Shown here: in pieces, positions 8,787 to 19,457 of the stretch
How positions within the stretch are numbered: position 1 is the first letter of the stretch
How the letters are laid out: each line of letters opens with the position of its first letter
Source of the DNA: Myxococcota bacterium
GTDB taxonomy: Bacteria; Myxococcota_A; Polyangia; Polyangiales; Sandaracinaceae
Length of the DNA stretch: 46,546 nucleotides
Assembly: GCA_036149055.1 (NCBI GenBank)
Contig: JAYZQJ010000167.1
Coordinates: 1 to 46,546, forward strand
Direction: 5' to 3'
Program-made: the position numbers and the translations under genes
Notes under the pieces: generated by a model
Database searches by the model: none
The model's input: only the letters and a program-made list of their open reading frames with translations
Told to the model about the DNA's origin: nothing

Positions 8787-9632
8787 ATGGCGCGAGCAGA
8801 GGACAAGCAGCTCTCCCGTTATCTCGAGCAGGTTCGGAAGATCCCGACGCTGAGCCGCGAGGAGGAGCACGAGCTCGCAGTGAAGGTGCAGGCGGGCGAT
8901 CAAGACGCCGCGGACAAGCTGGTGGAGGCGAACCTCCGGTTCGTGGTGGCGGTCGCGCTCCAGTACCGGCGCTACGGCATCCCGCTCTCCGACCTGATGG
9001 CCGAGGGCAACCTCGGGCTGATGCTGGCGGTGAAGAAGTTCGACCCGGACCGCGGGACCCGCTTCGTGACGTACGCGGGCTACTGGATTCGCGCCTACGT
9101 GCTCGATCTGGTGGTGAAGTCGACCACCATGGTCGGCGCCGGCAGCGGCCCGCTCCGCAGCAAGCTGTTCTTCCGGCTCCGCCGCGAGCGCGCGAAGGTG
9201 GCCAACCTGACCTCGGATCCGCAGGAGCGGCTGGCGATGATGGCCGAGCGCTTCGACACGACCGAGAAGAAGATGGCCAACATGCTGAAGCGGCTCGACA
9301 GCCGGGACGTCTCGCTGAGCGCGCCGCTCTTCGACGACTCCGGGGCCACGCTCCAGGACGCGCTCGAGTCGGACTTCGACGACAGCGAGACCCAGTACAT
9401 CGGCGAGGAGCGTCAGCGCCTCCTCGAGGAGCACCTGGGCGGCGCCCTCGAGCACCTCGACCAGCGCGAGCGCTACATCATGGAGGAGCGCTACATGAAG
9501 GACGAGTCGGTCTCCCTGGCCGCGCTCGGACGTGAGCTCGGCGTGAGCCGCGAGCGGGCCCGGCAGCTCGAGGCCCGCGCGAAGAAGAAGCTGAAGAAGA
9601 GCCTCAGCTCTCTCCAGCTGGACGCGGCGTAG
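8787..9632 (+). CDS. RNA polymerase sigma factor, RpoH/sigma32 family (myxobacterial SigB/C/E-like)
   Basis: Region 2 (LVEANLRFVV, EGNLGLMLAVKKFDPDRGTRFVTYA), RpoH-box-like RSKLFFRLRR, region 4 (LGVSRERARQLE); GAGGAG RBS. Confidence 0.9.
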   Translation: MARAEDKQLSRYLEQVRKIPTLSREEEHELAVKVQAGDQDAADKLVEANLRFVVAVALQYRRYGIPLSDLMAEGNLGLMLAVKKFDPDRGTRFVTYAGYWIRAYVLDLVVKSTTMVGAGSGPLRSKLFFRLRRERAKVANLTSDPQERLAMMAERFDTTEKKMANMLKRLDSRDVSLSAPLFDDSGATLQDALESDFDDSETQYIGEERQRLLEEHLGGALEHLDQRERYIMEERYMKDESVSLAALGRELGVSRERARQLEARAKKKLKKSLSSLQLDAA

Positions 9633-10395
9633 CCCGCCTCAGCGTCCCGCTCCTGACGGCGCGCTCGCCCTCGCTCGTGCGGAGGCGAAGCGCGCCGTCT
9701 TCGTTCAGGCCGAGCAGCGTCCCCTCGGCGCCGTCCACCGAGACCGGCTCCCCGCGGTAGGCGAGGCGCGCCTCCACCGCCGACGCCACCGCGCGCGGCC
9801 CGAGCCGCACGAAGCGATCGATCTCCGCCTCGACGCAGGAGAGCAGGGCGGCGAGCGCCTCGGCGCGATCGAACGTCTCGCCGGTCTCGCGCCGCCAGCT
9901 CGTCGCGATCGGCTCGAGCTCGCCGAACGACTCCCGGTTCACGTCCACGCCGATGCCGACGATCGCGCCGTCGATCCGCCCGCCGAGCGACACCGACTCG
10001 ACGAGGATCCCCGCGTGCTTCTTTCCGTTCAGGAGCACGTCGTTCGGCCACTTCACCGTCACCTCGACCCCCGGGAGCCGCGCCTCGGCGGCGCGCGCCA
10101 CCCCGAGCCCCACCGCGAGGGTGAGCGGCGGCAGGCGCGCCGGGGTCAGCGGGACGCGGGCCACGATCGAGAAGTAGAGATCGGTGCCGGCGGGAGAGGC
10201 CCACTCGCGCCCGCGCGCGCCGCGCCCCCGGGTCTGACGATCGGCGACCACCACGTGGCCGTCGGCCGCGCCCCGGGCGAGCGCCTCGCGCGCGTCGTCG
10301 TTGGTGGAGCCGGTCTCGGCGCGGAGCTCCAGCGAGCGCCCGTAGCGCACGGTGGTGAGGCGCCGCGCGATCGCCTCCGCGCTCAGCGCGCTCAC
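9604..10395 (-). CDS. birA: Biotin-[acetyl-CoA-carboxylase] ligase (no N-terminal HTH)
   Basis: TGSTNDDA, QTRGRGARGREW, KWPNDV, KHAGIL, GIGVDV motifs; GTG start overlaps the nadC stop (GTGA). Confidence 0.9.
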   Translation of the reverse strand: MSALSAEAIARRLTTVRYGRSLELRAETGSTNDDAREALARGAADGHVVVADRQTRGRGARGREWASPAGTDLYFSIVARVPLTPARLPPLTLAVGLGVARAAEARLPGVEVTVKWPNDVLLNGKKHAGILVESVSLGGRIDGAIVGIGVDVNRESFGELEPIATSWRRETGETFDRAEALAALLSCVEAEIDRFVRLGPRAVASAVEARLAYRGEPVSVDGAEGTLLGLNEDGALRLRTSEGERAVRSGTLRRATPRPAGES

Positions 10396-11249
10396 GACCA
10401 GTCGAGCCCGAGGTCCATCGCCCGCGCGGAGTGGGTGAGCCCGCCGACGCTGATCGCGTCCACGCCGGCCTCGGCGATGATCGGCACCCGCTCCAGGGTG
10501 ACGTTGCCGGAGACCTCGACGAACGCGCGCCCGGCCACGAGGTCCACCGCCCGCTTCAACGTCTGGTCGTCGAAGTTGTCGAGCATCACGATGTCCGCGC
10601 CCGCCTCGAGCGCGACCTCGAGCTGCTCCATCGTGTCCACTTCGCATTCGATCTTCGAGGTGTGCGGGGCGAAGTCGCGAGCGCGGCGGATGGCCTCGGC
10701 CACGCCGCCGGCGGCCGCCACGTGGTTGTCCTTGATCAGCACCGCGCTCGAGAGGTCGTCGCGGTGGTTGTGGCCGCCGCCGCAGCGCACCGCGTACCGC
10801 TCGAGCGCGCGGAGGCCCGGCGTGGTCTTGCGCGTATCGGTGATGCGCGTCTTCGAGCCGGCGGGGAGGGCGTCCACGAGGCTGGCGGTCTTGCTCGCCA
10901 CGCCGCACATGCGCTGCGCGAAGTTGAGGGCCACCCGCTCGCCCTTGAGGATCGGGTTGGCGCGCCCGCGCACCACCGCCGCGACGTCGCCCTTCGCCAG
11001 CCGGGCGCCGTCGCGCGCCTTCGCCTCCACCACCAGCTCCGCGTCGACGGCGGCGAACACCGCCTCGAAGACCGGCATGCCGGCGAGGGTCATCGGCTCG
11101 CGCGCCCGCAAGACGCACTGCGCCTCGACGCTCATCGGCACCGTCGCGTCGGTGGTCACGTCTCCGCGCGCCAGGTCCTCGCGGAGGGCGCGCTCGACGA
11201 CGTCGCGCACGACGACCGCGGGCAGGGGAGGGAGGGCTCGCTCGCTCAT
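10392..11249 (-). CDS. nadC: Nicotinate-nucleotide pyrophosphorylase (quinolinate phosphoribosyltransferase)
   Basis: ALREDLARGDVTT, DTRKTTPGLR, NHR, LIKDNH, MLDNF, SVGGLTHS motifs; ATGA overlap with the upstream HAD gene. Confidence 0.95.
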   Translation of the reverse strand: MSERALPPLPAVVVRDVVERALREDLARGDVTTDATVPMSVEAQCVLRAREPMTLAGMPVFEAVFAAVDAELVVEAKARDGARLAKGDVAAVVRGRANPILKGERVALNFAQRMCGVASKTASLVDALPAGSKTRITDTRKTTPGLRALERYAVRCGGGHNHRDDLSSAVLIKDNHVAAAGGVAEAIRRARDFAPHTSKIECEVDTMEQLEVALEAGADIVMLDNFDDQTLKRAVDLVAGRAFVEVSGNVTLERVPIIAEAGVDAISVGGLTHSARAMDLGLDWS

Positions 11250-11908
11250 GAGGTTCTCCAGGTCTCGGTCGCCCAGCCGCGCCGGCGCGCCAGGCGGGAC
11301 AGCCGCGGATCGGGGTTGATGACGCGGGGCTCGCCGACGCGCTCCAGCATCGGGAGGTCGCTGATGCTGTCGGTGTAGAACGCGCTCTCCGCGAGGTCCA
11401 CGCCGTGGCGCTCGGCCCACTGGAGCGCCTTCTCGACCTTGCCCGCGCCGTAGCAGAGGCGGCCGGCGAGCGCGCCGGTGAAGCTCCCCTCGCGGACCTC
11501 GAGCCGGCTGCAGAGGACGTGCTCCACGCCGACGTGCGCCGCGACCGGCTCGGCCACGTAGGGCGACGAGCTGGTGAGCAGGGCGCAGAGGTATCCCTCG
11601 TCGCGCTTGCGGTCGAGCTCGGCCCGGGCCTTCGGGGCGACGTGGCGGAGCACCTCGCTCTCGACCCAGCTCGAGCACTCGCCGATGAAGCGATCCTCGG
11701 GCACGCCGGTCAGGGTCCGGACGGCCTCGGTGCTCATGCGCTCGGCGTCGAGGATCCCGAGCGTGTACTGCAGGCTCCAGAACGACGCGCGCGCCAGCTC
11801 GCGGAGGCCCATGTGGCCCTCTCGCACTCGCCAGCGCACGTAGAGCGTGCCGGTGTTGACGCTCACCAGGGTCTTGTCGAGGTCGAAGAACGCGGCGCGC
11901 CGTTTCAC
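11246..11908 (-). CDS. HAD-IB (SerB-like) hydrolase
   Basis: Motif I FFDLDKTL; motifs III/IV K...YTDSISDLPML; INPDPRL. Start GTG 11908 (coupled to upstream stop) or ATG 11917. Confidence 0.88.
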   Translation of the reverse strand: MKRRAAFFDLDKTLVSVNTGTLYVRWRVREGHMGLRELARASFWSLQYTLGILDAERMSTEAVRTLTGVPEDRFIGECSSWVESEVLRHVAPKARAELDRKRDEGYLCALLTSSSPYVAEPVAAHVGVEHVLCSRLEVREGSFTGALAGRLCYGAGKVEKALQWAERHGVDLAESAFYTDSISDLPMLERVGEPRVINPDPRLSRLARRRGWATETWRTS

Positions 11909-12672
11909 AGCAGCCATCCCTTCTCGAGGATCTCCGAGAGCACGTTGCTCAGCGCGTGGAAGAGCATGGCCGCGCCGATGCCCCCGCGCCACGCCCGCAG
12001 CCACCCGAAGAGGAGGCCGGGGAAGAACACCGCGAGCCGCGCGGGGTGGGGGATGGTCGCGACGTGCACGAGCGCGAAGAGCGCGGCCTGGAGCAGCCAC
12101 GCGCGCCAGTCCAGCGGCACCCCGAGGATCTTCCCCTGCGGGGGCCAGCGATCGTGCAGCCGCGTCTGGATCCAGCCCCGGAAGAGCGCCTCCTCGGGGA
12201 GCGCGACGACGAGCAGCTGGGTGAGCGCGAAGGCGGCGAGATCGTCGGGCAGGGCGAAGGCGAAGTCGCGCGCCGGCGCGTGCCACCAGGCGAAGCCCAC
12301 GATGAACGGGGGGAAGACCAGCGCGGCGATCGCGATCGCGATCCCGCCCTCGCGGAGCGCCGAGGGCAGGGCGCCCTTCGCGGCGCGGGCGAGATCGTAG
12401 ATCCCGAAGGGTCCCTCGTCCCGCTCGTCGTCGGGGCTCGGCGGGGTCAGCATGCCGGCCAGGTCGATCCCGTGGCGGCGCATCCCGCCCGGCTCGCGCT
12501 GCGCCAGCTTCACCGCCGCGTACAGGAAGACCCCCGCCACCAGGAGGTGCTCGTAGCCGGCCATGCCCGGGAGCACGCTCGGCAGGCGCGTCGCGATCGC
12601 GGCCAGGGCGGTGGTCGCGGCGAACACGACCAGCACCTCGCGGAGCGGGCGACCTGGGCTCTCCTCGGTCAT
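11905..12672 (-). CDS. CPBP (CAAX/Abi) glutamic intramembrane protease, myxosortase (MrtC/MXAN_2755)-like
   Basis: Multi-TM protein with VALPEEALFRGWIQ (EExxxR), FALVH, RLAVFFPGLLFGW and FHALSN motifs. Confidence 0.85.
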   Translation of the reverse strand: MTEESPGRPLREVLVVFAATTALAAIATRLPSVLPGMAGYEHLLVAGVFLYAAVKLAQREPGGMRRHGIDLAGMLTPPSPDDERDEGPFGIYDLARAAKGALPSALREGGIAIAIAALVFPPFIVGFAWWHAPARDFAFALPDDLAAFALTQLLVVALPEEALFRGWIQTRLHDRWPPQGKILGVPLDWRAWLLQAALFALVHVATIPHPARLAVFFPGLLFGWLRAWRGGIGAAMLFHALSNVLSEILEKGWLL

Positions 12673-12847
12673 TCGGCCGACGGAATAGCAGCCCCGAGCG
12701 CCCGGAGCCCCCCCGTGCGATCACTCGCAATCCGGGGGGATCGCCCTTGACCCCCTCGATGCCCACGCTAAGAACCGACGCTTCGATGGGGGCATCCGTC
12801 GTGAAGCAGTTGTTCGACGGCGGTGATGGCGAGGGGGGGAAGCAGGG

Positions 12848-14728
12848 GTGATCCCCGAGGAGAAGGTCGCGGAGATCCGTGAGCGCACCGACTTGGTGGC
12901 GCTCGTGCGGGAGTACGTCGAGCTCAAGCGATCGGGGACCAGCTACAAGGGCCTCTGCCCCTTCCACGGCGAGAAGTCGCCTTCGTTCTACGTCCACCCG
13001 GACCGCGGCTTCTTCCACTGCTTCGGGTGTCAGACCTCCGGCGACGCGCTCAGCTTCCTGATGCGCATCGAGGGGCACCCCTTCCCGGAGGCGGTGCGCA
13101 TCCTCGGCGAGCGCGCCGGGATCGAGGTCACCGCGGTCGATTCGGAGACCGAGCGGCTGGCCCGTCAGAAGCGCGCGCGGCGGGAGCAGCTGCTGGCGAT
13201 CGTGGAGTCGGCTGCGGGTTTCTTCGTCAAAATGCTCGCGGACCATAAGTTGGGCCCCATGGCGTGGGCCGAGCTCGATCGCAGGGGGATCGCGAAAGAG
13301 ACGGTGGAGACCTACAGGCTCGGCTACGCCCCGCACGGCTGGGACGAGCTGAGCGGCTTCCTCTCGCAGCGCGGCTACTCGCCGGCGCAGTGCGAGGAGG
13401 TCGGGCTCATCGTTCCGAGGCGGAGCGGCGGCGGGCACTACGACCGCTTCCGACACCGGCTGATGTTCCCGGTGTCCGACGCCCACGGCCGCATCGTCGC
13501 GTTTAGCGGGCGCGCCCTCGAGGCCCCGCCCGGCGACGAGCGCGCGCAACGCGAGCCCCCGGCCAAGTACGTCAACAGCCCGGAGACCACGCTCTACAAG
13601 AAGGGCGACATCCTCTTCGGGCTCCACGAGGCGCGCGTCGAGCTGCGCCGCCGCGAGATCGCGCTGGTCTGCGAGGGCAACTTCGACGTGCTCGCGCTCT
13701 CGCAGGCCGGCTTCGGTAACGTCGTCGCGCCGCTCGGCACCGCCTTCACCGACAGCCAGGCGAAGCTCCTGCGCCGCTACGCGCAGACCGCGGTGCTCCT
13801 GTTCGACTCGGACAAGGCGGGCAAGAAGGCGGCGCGCGCCGCGCAGCCGCTGCTCGCCAAGGCGGGCATCTCGGGCAAGGTCGTCACGTTGCCCCCCGGC
13901 GACGACCCGGACAGCTTCCTCCGCGAGAAGGGCCCCGAGTCGATGGAGCGCCTGATCGGCTCCGCGCCCAGCATCGTGGAGTGGATCATCGAGTCGTCGG
14001 CGGCGGACGCGGGGGCGGACCCGGCCGCGAAGGCCGACGCCATCGAGTCGCTCGGTCCGGTGCTCGCGTCCATCGACAGCCCGGTGGAGGCGCGGCTCTA
14101 CGTGGAGCGCGTCGCGTCGGTCTTCGAGATCCGCGACATCCAGGCGGTGCGGCAGCAGCTGCGCCGGGGAGTGCGGGTCGCGAGAGGGCAGGCGCCGCGA
14201 CGTCGCGAGGCGCCCGCGCCCGCCGCCAGCGCCCCTCAGGCGCCGCGCCGCGCGGTGCGTCTGTCGAAGCTCGAGCTGCAGCTCGTGGGGGCGTTCATCG
14301 ACCACCCGAGCCTGCACGAGCACGACCGCAGCTGTGCAGAAAAAGTTCAGGAGCTTTTGACGAGCGACGATCTTCGCGCCATCTTTCACGCCACGACGCG
14401 ATGGGTGGGTTCGCGCGGGATCGACGCAGCCGCGCTGCTCGAGGAAGTATCCGAAGACAGTCCGGCGCGTGAGTGGCTCGAACGCAGGTTGGCCGTCCAG
14501 GAATTCGAGGACGAGACGAGTGCAAGACGTTTCATCGAGCGCGTGGTCCAGAAGCTGGAACGGGACCGCGTAGCGCGGGAGAACAAGCGCTTGAGTCGAG
14601 AAATCCTGGAGGCCCGCAGGGCGGGCGACGACGAGCGCGCCGATGCGCTCATGCGCCAGAAGTCGCAGTTGTTCCGGAGCGCCGCGCCACCGAGCGCAGC
14701 GACCGGGACCGAGGGCACCAAGAGGTGA
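12848..14728 (+). CDS. dnaG: DNA primase
   Basis: CHC2 zinc finger ([11 protein letters not shown]...CFGC), [31 protein letters not shown] and FDSD. Confidence 0.97.
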   Translation: MIPEEKVAEIRERTDLVALVREYVELKRSGTSYKGLCPFHGEKSPSFYVHPDRGFFHCFGCQTSGDALSFLMRIEGHPFPEAVRILGERAGIEVTAVDSETERLARQKRARREQLLAIVESAAGFFVKMLADHKLGPMAWAELDRRGIAKETVETYRLGYAPHGWDELSGFLSQRGYSPAQCEEVGLIVPRRSGGGHYDRFRHRLMFPVSDAHGRIVAFSGRALEAPPGDERAQREPPAKYVNSPETTLYKKGDILFGLHEARVELRRREIALVCEGNFDVLALSQAGFGNVVAPLGTAFTDSQAKLLRRYAQTAVLLFDSDKAGKKAARAAQPLLAKAGISGKVVTLPPGDDPDSFLREKGPESMERLIGSAPSIVEWIIESSAADAGADPAAKADAIESLGPVLASIDSPVEARLYVERVASVFEIRDIQAVRQQLRRGVRVARGQAPRRREAPAPAASAPQAPRRAVRLSKLELQLVGAFIDHPSLHEHDRSCAEKVQELLTSDDLRAIFHATTRWVGSRGIDAAALLEEVSEDSPAREWLERRLAVQEFEDETSARRFIERVVQKLERDRVARENKRLSREILEARRAGDDERADALMRQKSQLFRSAAPPSAATGTEGTKR

Positions 14729-14730
14729 AG

Positions 14731-16692
<1,962 letters not shown>

Positions 16693-16721
16693 AGCCTGCT
16701 CTGCCCCGTTCGGCGGGCAGG

Positions 16722-16758
16722 AGGGGGCGCCCGGTCGACGACCGAGCGCCCCCTTTTT
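16722..16758 (+). terminator. Rho-independent terminator after rpoD
   Basis: AGGGGGCGCCCGGTC/GACCGAGCGCCCCCT stem followed by TTTT. Confidence 0.8.
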
Positions 16759-16765
16759 CGTTTTC

Positions 16766-16839
16766 GGGCCCATAGCTCAATTGGTCAGAGCCCCCGGCTC
16801 ATAACCGGGTCGTTGCTGGTTCGAGTCCAGCTGGGCCTA
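16766..16839 (+). tRNA. tRNA with CAT anticodon, most likely tRNA-Ile2 (lysidine-modified); CCA not encoded
   Basis: Acceptor GGGCCCA/TGGGCCT, D arm TAGCTCAATTGGTCAGAGC, anticodon arm CCCGG-CTCATAA-CCGGG, T arm GCTGG-TTCGAGT-CCAGC. C4-G69/C5-G68 pairs and position after rpoD favour Ile2 over Met. Confidence 0.9.
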
Positions 16840-16972
16840 TCGTTTCCTGCTGGGAGAGGCTTTCAGCCCCTCCCCCCGCACTGCGCCGTCAGACCCGTCC
16901 CCGCTCCGGGTGCTCCGCACCCTCCGCAGTGACGGGTCAGTCGGCTCCGTGGGGCCCCCCCACCCAATTTCC

Positions 16973-17136
16973 GGCGACCTCGCTTCGCTCGTCGCCGGTG
17001 TCCCGCGCTCCTCACCCTCGAACAGGGCGCGTGAGCCACGCGGCTCGCGCTCGCGCTGCGCGCGAGCTGGCCGCCCGCTGCCGCGGGATCGAAAACAGGT
17101 GGTGGTGCGTGTGGCGACCTCGCTGCGCTCGTCGCC
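16973..17136. repeat. Two copies of a 24-bp REP-like hairpin GGCGACCTCGCT(T/G)CGCTCGTCGCC
   Basis: Copies at 16973-16996 and 17113-17136 differ at one base; stem GGCGAC/GTCGCC. Confidence 0.75.
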
Positions 17137-17214
17137 TGCCGTCGTCTCGGGTCAGTGTGGCGGAAGCGGGCGGGGGTGCCACGGCGCCATGATTCGCCAC
17201 CTGTCGAGCTCGCC

Positions 17215-18531
17215 TCAGCGGCTCCAGCGCAGCGTCTCGGCGTGGCCCGGGATCACGAGGTTCTGGTTCAGGCCCTCGGGGCTCGAGAGGAAGATGCCGC
17301 CGCGCGAGGAGTAGAAGGCGACCATGCGGCAGTCGGGGCTGAACGCCGGGTCCTTGTTGACGCCCTGGCCCTGGGTGAGCCGGGTGTACTCCTGGGTGCG
17401 GATGTTGACGGTGAAGACGTCGAAGCCGCCGGCCTGACCGGTGAACGCGAGGAGCGGGCCCTCGGGGTCGCCGGTGCACCAGGCGGGCGTCTGGTTGTGA
17501 GCGCCGCGGAAGGTCACCCGGGTCGCCTCGCCGCCGCCCGCGCTCATGCGGAAGACCTGCGGGCTGCCGTGCCGGGTCGACACGAAGGCGACCTGGCCGC
17601 CCGGGCCGCCGCAGGCGGGCGAGACGTCGATGCCGGGGTGATCGGTGAGCTGGCGGACGTCGGTGCCGTCGAGGTTGGCGCTGTAGATCTCGGCGTTGCC
17701 GCTCCGCGTGCTGCTGAAGAACACGCGGCCACCGCAGACGCTGACGCCCATGTTGAGCCCGCGCTCGCTGGTGATGATCGGCCGCTCCTCCACCCCGGTG
17801 CGGGTGATGAACATGCCGTTCTCGGTGAGGATCGAGTACCAGACGCCGCCGCGGCCGAACGCGGGCAGCATCGCGATGCCGCGGCCGCTCGAGACGCGGC
17901 TCACCCGCTCGCCGTCGAAGCTGGCGACCATGACGTCCTTGCGGCCGGGGCCGCGCCGCCGGGCGAAGGTGATGCGCGTCCCGAAGGCGCCCGCGCGGCC
18001 GGTCAGGACCTGCAGCACCTCGTTCGCGAACTGGTGCATGAACTGGGGCAGCTCGGCGCGGCTGCCGCTGTAGGTGCGCGACAGGGTCGGCGACGCGCCG
18101 CGCGCGACCTCGAAGAGGCGCATCTGCACGCGGATCCGGTTGCCCTCGCGCTCGATCTCGCCCTTGATGACGCCCTGCGCCCCCACGGAGGTCCACGCGC
18201 TGGGCACGATGCTGAGGCCCTCGGCGTTCAGGTCGGCGACGAAGGAGCGCGCGTCGAGCACGTCGAAGAGGGAGACGAGCCGGAAGTCGTTGCGCAGGAC
18301 CTCCGCGCCCTGCGGGCCCATCGAGGCCTCGCCCATCAGGTTGGGGACCGCGATGCGGTAGAGGCTCCGCTCCGGGGAGTCGACGTCGATGACCGCGATG
18401 CGCTCGGGGAGCGCCTCCTCCTGCGCGGAGGTCGGCGCGCCGTCCTGGCCGGTGGCGGGGATCGCCAGGGCGGCCACGGTGACGGCGAGGGCCGAGAGGA
18501 AGGCGAGGGAGCTGAGGGGCCGTTGCTTCAT
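17215..18531 (-). CDS. tolB: Tol-Pal beta-propeller protein TolB
   Basis: Signal peptide; TolB N-domain (YRIAVP, LRNDFRLVSLF, HQFANEVLQVLTG...FGTRITF); PD40 repeats (VAFVSTRHGSPQVF, DPAFSPD). Confidence 0.88.
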   Translation of the reverse strand: MKQRPLSSLAFLSALAVTVAALAIPATGQDGAPTSAQEEALPERIAVIDVDSPERSLYRIAVPNLMGEASMGPQGAEVLRNDFRLVSLFDVLDARSFVADLNAEGLSIVPSAWTSVGAQGVIKGEIEREGNRIRVQMRLFEVARGASPTLSRTYSGSRAELPQFMHQFANEVLQVLTGRAGAFGTRITFARRRGPGRKDVMVASFDGERVSRVSSGRGIAMLPAFGRGGVWYSILTENGMFITRTGVEERPIITSERGLNMGVSVCGGRVFFSSTRSGNAEIYSANLDGTDVRQLTDHPGIDVSPACGGPGGQVAFVSTRHGSPQVFRMSAGGGEATRVTFRGAHNQTPAWCTGDPEGPLLAFTGQAGGFDVFTVNIRTQEYTRLTQGQGVNKDPAFSPDCRMVAFYSSRGGIFLSSPEGLNQNLVIPGHAETLRWSR

Positions 18532-18684
18532 GGGCGTCTCTCGTTCGACGCGGGATCGCGTCGTTCATTCGTTCGCGCGAGCATGCGCGGCCGGAGCATA
18601 CGACGCCACCGGCTCGCGCAAAGCCTCCAACGCGAGCGAGGCCCGACCCACGGGGGCCGAGCCTCGCGCTCGATGAAGCCGGGG

Positions 18685-19233
18685 TCAGCGTCGCGGCTCG
18701 AAGCGGAGCGACTGACCGCCCACCGACGCCTCGGCCATCAGGCCGTCCTCGTCGTCGATGAAGACCGCGGTGCCGCCCTCGAAGGTCGCCTGGGCCGCGG
18801 CGCCCGAGCGGATCGCGGTGGCGCTGGCGTCGGCGCTCAGGTCGAAGTTGTCGAGCTTGAAGCGCTCGAACGCGTCGCGGCTGCGGAAGACGATCAGCTG
18901 CGTGTAGCTCTGACCGCCGACCTGCGCCCCGAAGGAGCCGCCGTCCAGCTCGGCGTAACCGATGGGTCGGTGGTTCTCGTAGACGACGCCGACGCCCGAG
19001 GTCGCGCCGGCGATGAAGGCGCCCTCCCGCACCCGCGGGAAGACCACGTAGCCCTGCGAGCGGGCCAGCACGTCCTCGAGGCTCGGATCCTCGCTCATCA
19101 GCGAGGCGAGCGCGTCGTCGGCCTGGTTCTCGAGGCTCTGCGCGTCCTCCTGCGTGTGCGGGGCGTGGGCGCAACCGAGCGCGAGGGCGAGCGCGGCGAG
19201 CGCGGTCCAAAGATGAGTGTGAAGTCGTGTCAT
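18685..19233 (-). CDS. Ysc84/SYLF lipid-binding-domain lipoprotein
   Basis: Lipobox LALGC; GYVVFP...GAFIAG...GVGVV, GGSFGAQVGGQ, GLMAEASVGGQ. Confidence 0.85.
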   Translation of the reverse strand: MTRLHTHLWTALAALALALGCAHAPHTQEDAQSLENQADDALASLMSEDPSLEDVLARSQGYVVFPRVREGAFIAGATSGVGVVYENHRPIGYAELDGGSFGAQVGGQSYTQLIVFRSRDAFERFKLDNFDLSADASATAIRSGAAAQATFEGGTAVFIDDEDGLMAEASVGGQSLRFEPRR

Positions 19234-19323
19234 TTCTGTCGTTTCCTCCCGGCCCCGATCGAGAGCAGGTTCGATGCCGACGCGGCGACGCTCTCCACGA
19301 CGCGAACCGAGCCGACGCAGCGC

Positions 19324-19338
19324 GCCACGACCGTGCCA
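19324..19338 (-). promoter_or_regulatory. Candidate sigma54 promoter for the Ysc84 lipoprotein
   Basis: Minus strand TGGCAC-GGTCG-TGGC, with GG and GC at canonical spacing, about 90 bp upstream of the ATG. Confidence 0.45.
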
Positions 19339-19457
19339 ACTCTGTGCGCACGGTGGCGGCCGCCACCCCCGAGCCCGCCACCGCCGCCGTTTCGAGCTCG
19401 TAAGTACGCGGAATCACGTGCGCGAGGTCCGGCACGCGGGCTGCGAAGTCACGCCAC

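Noticed and set aside
9604..9632. Convergent 3' overlaps (sigma/birA here; kinase/lipoprotein at 28699-28729)
   Set aside because: Short tail-to-tail overlaps are ordinary in compact GC-rich genomes.
16766..16839. tRNA as attachment site of an integrated element; tRNA-Met assignment
   Set aside because: No integrase or duplicated tRNA 3' end seen. Lacks initiator features (C1:A72 mismatch, three consecutive G-C anticodon-stem pairs in the GGG/CCC orientation); identity elements fit Ile2.
19431..19444. GGCAC-N5-CTGC upstream of rpn as a sigma54 promoter
   Set aside because: Weak match that is likely by chance at this GC content; not supported enough to call.
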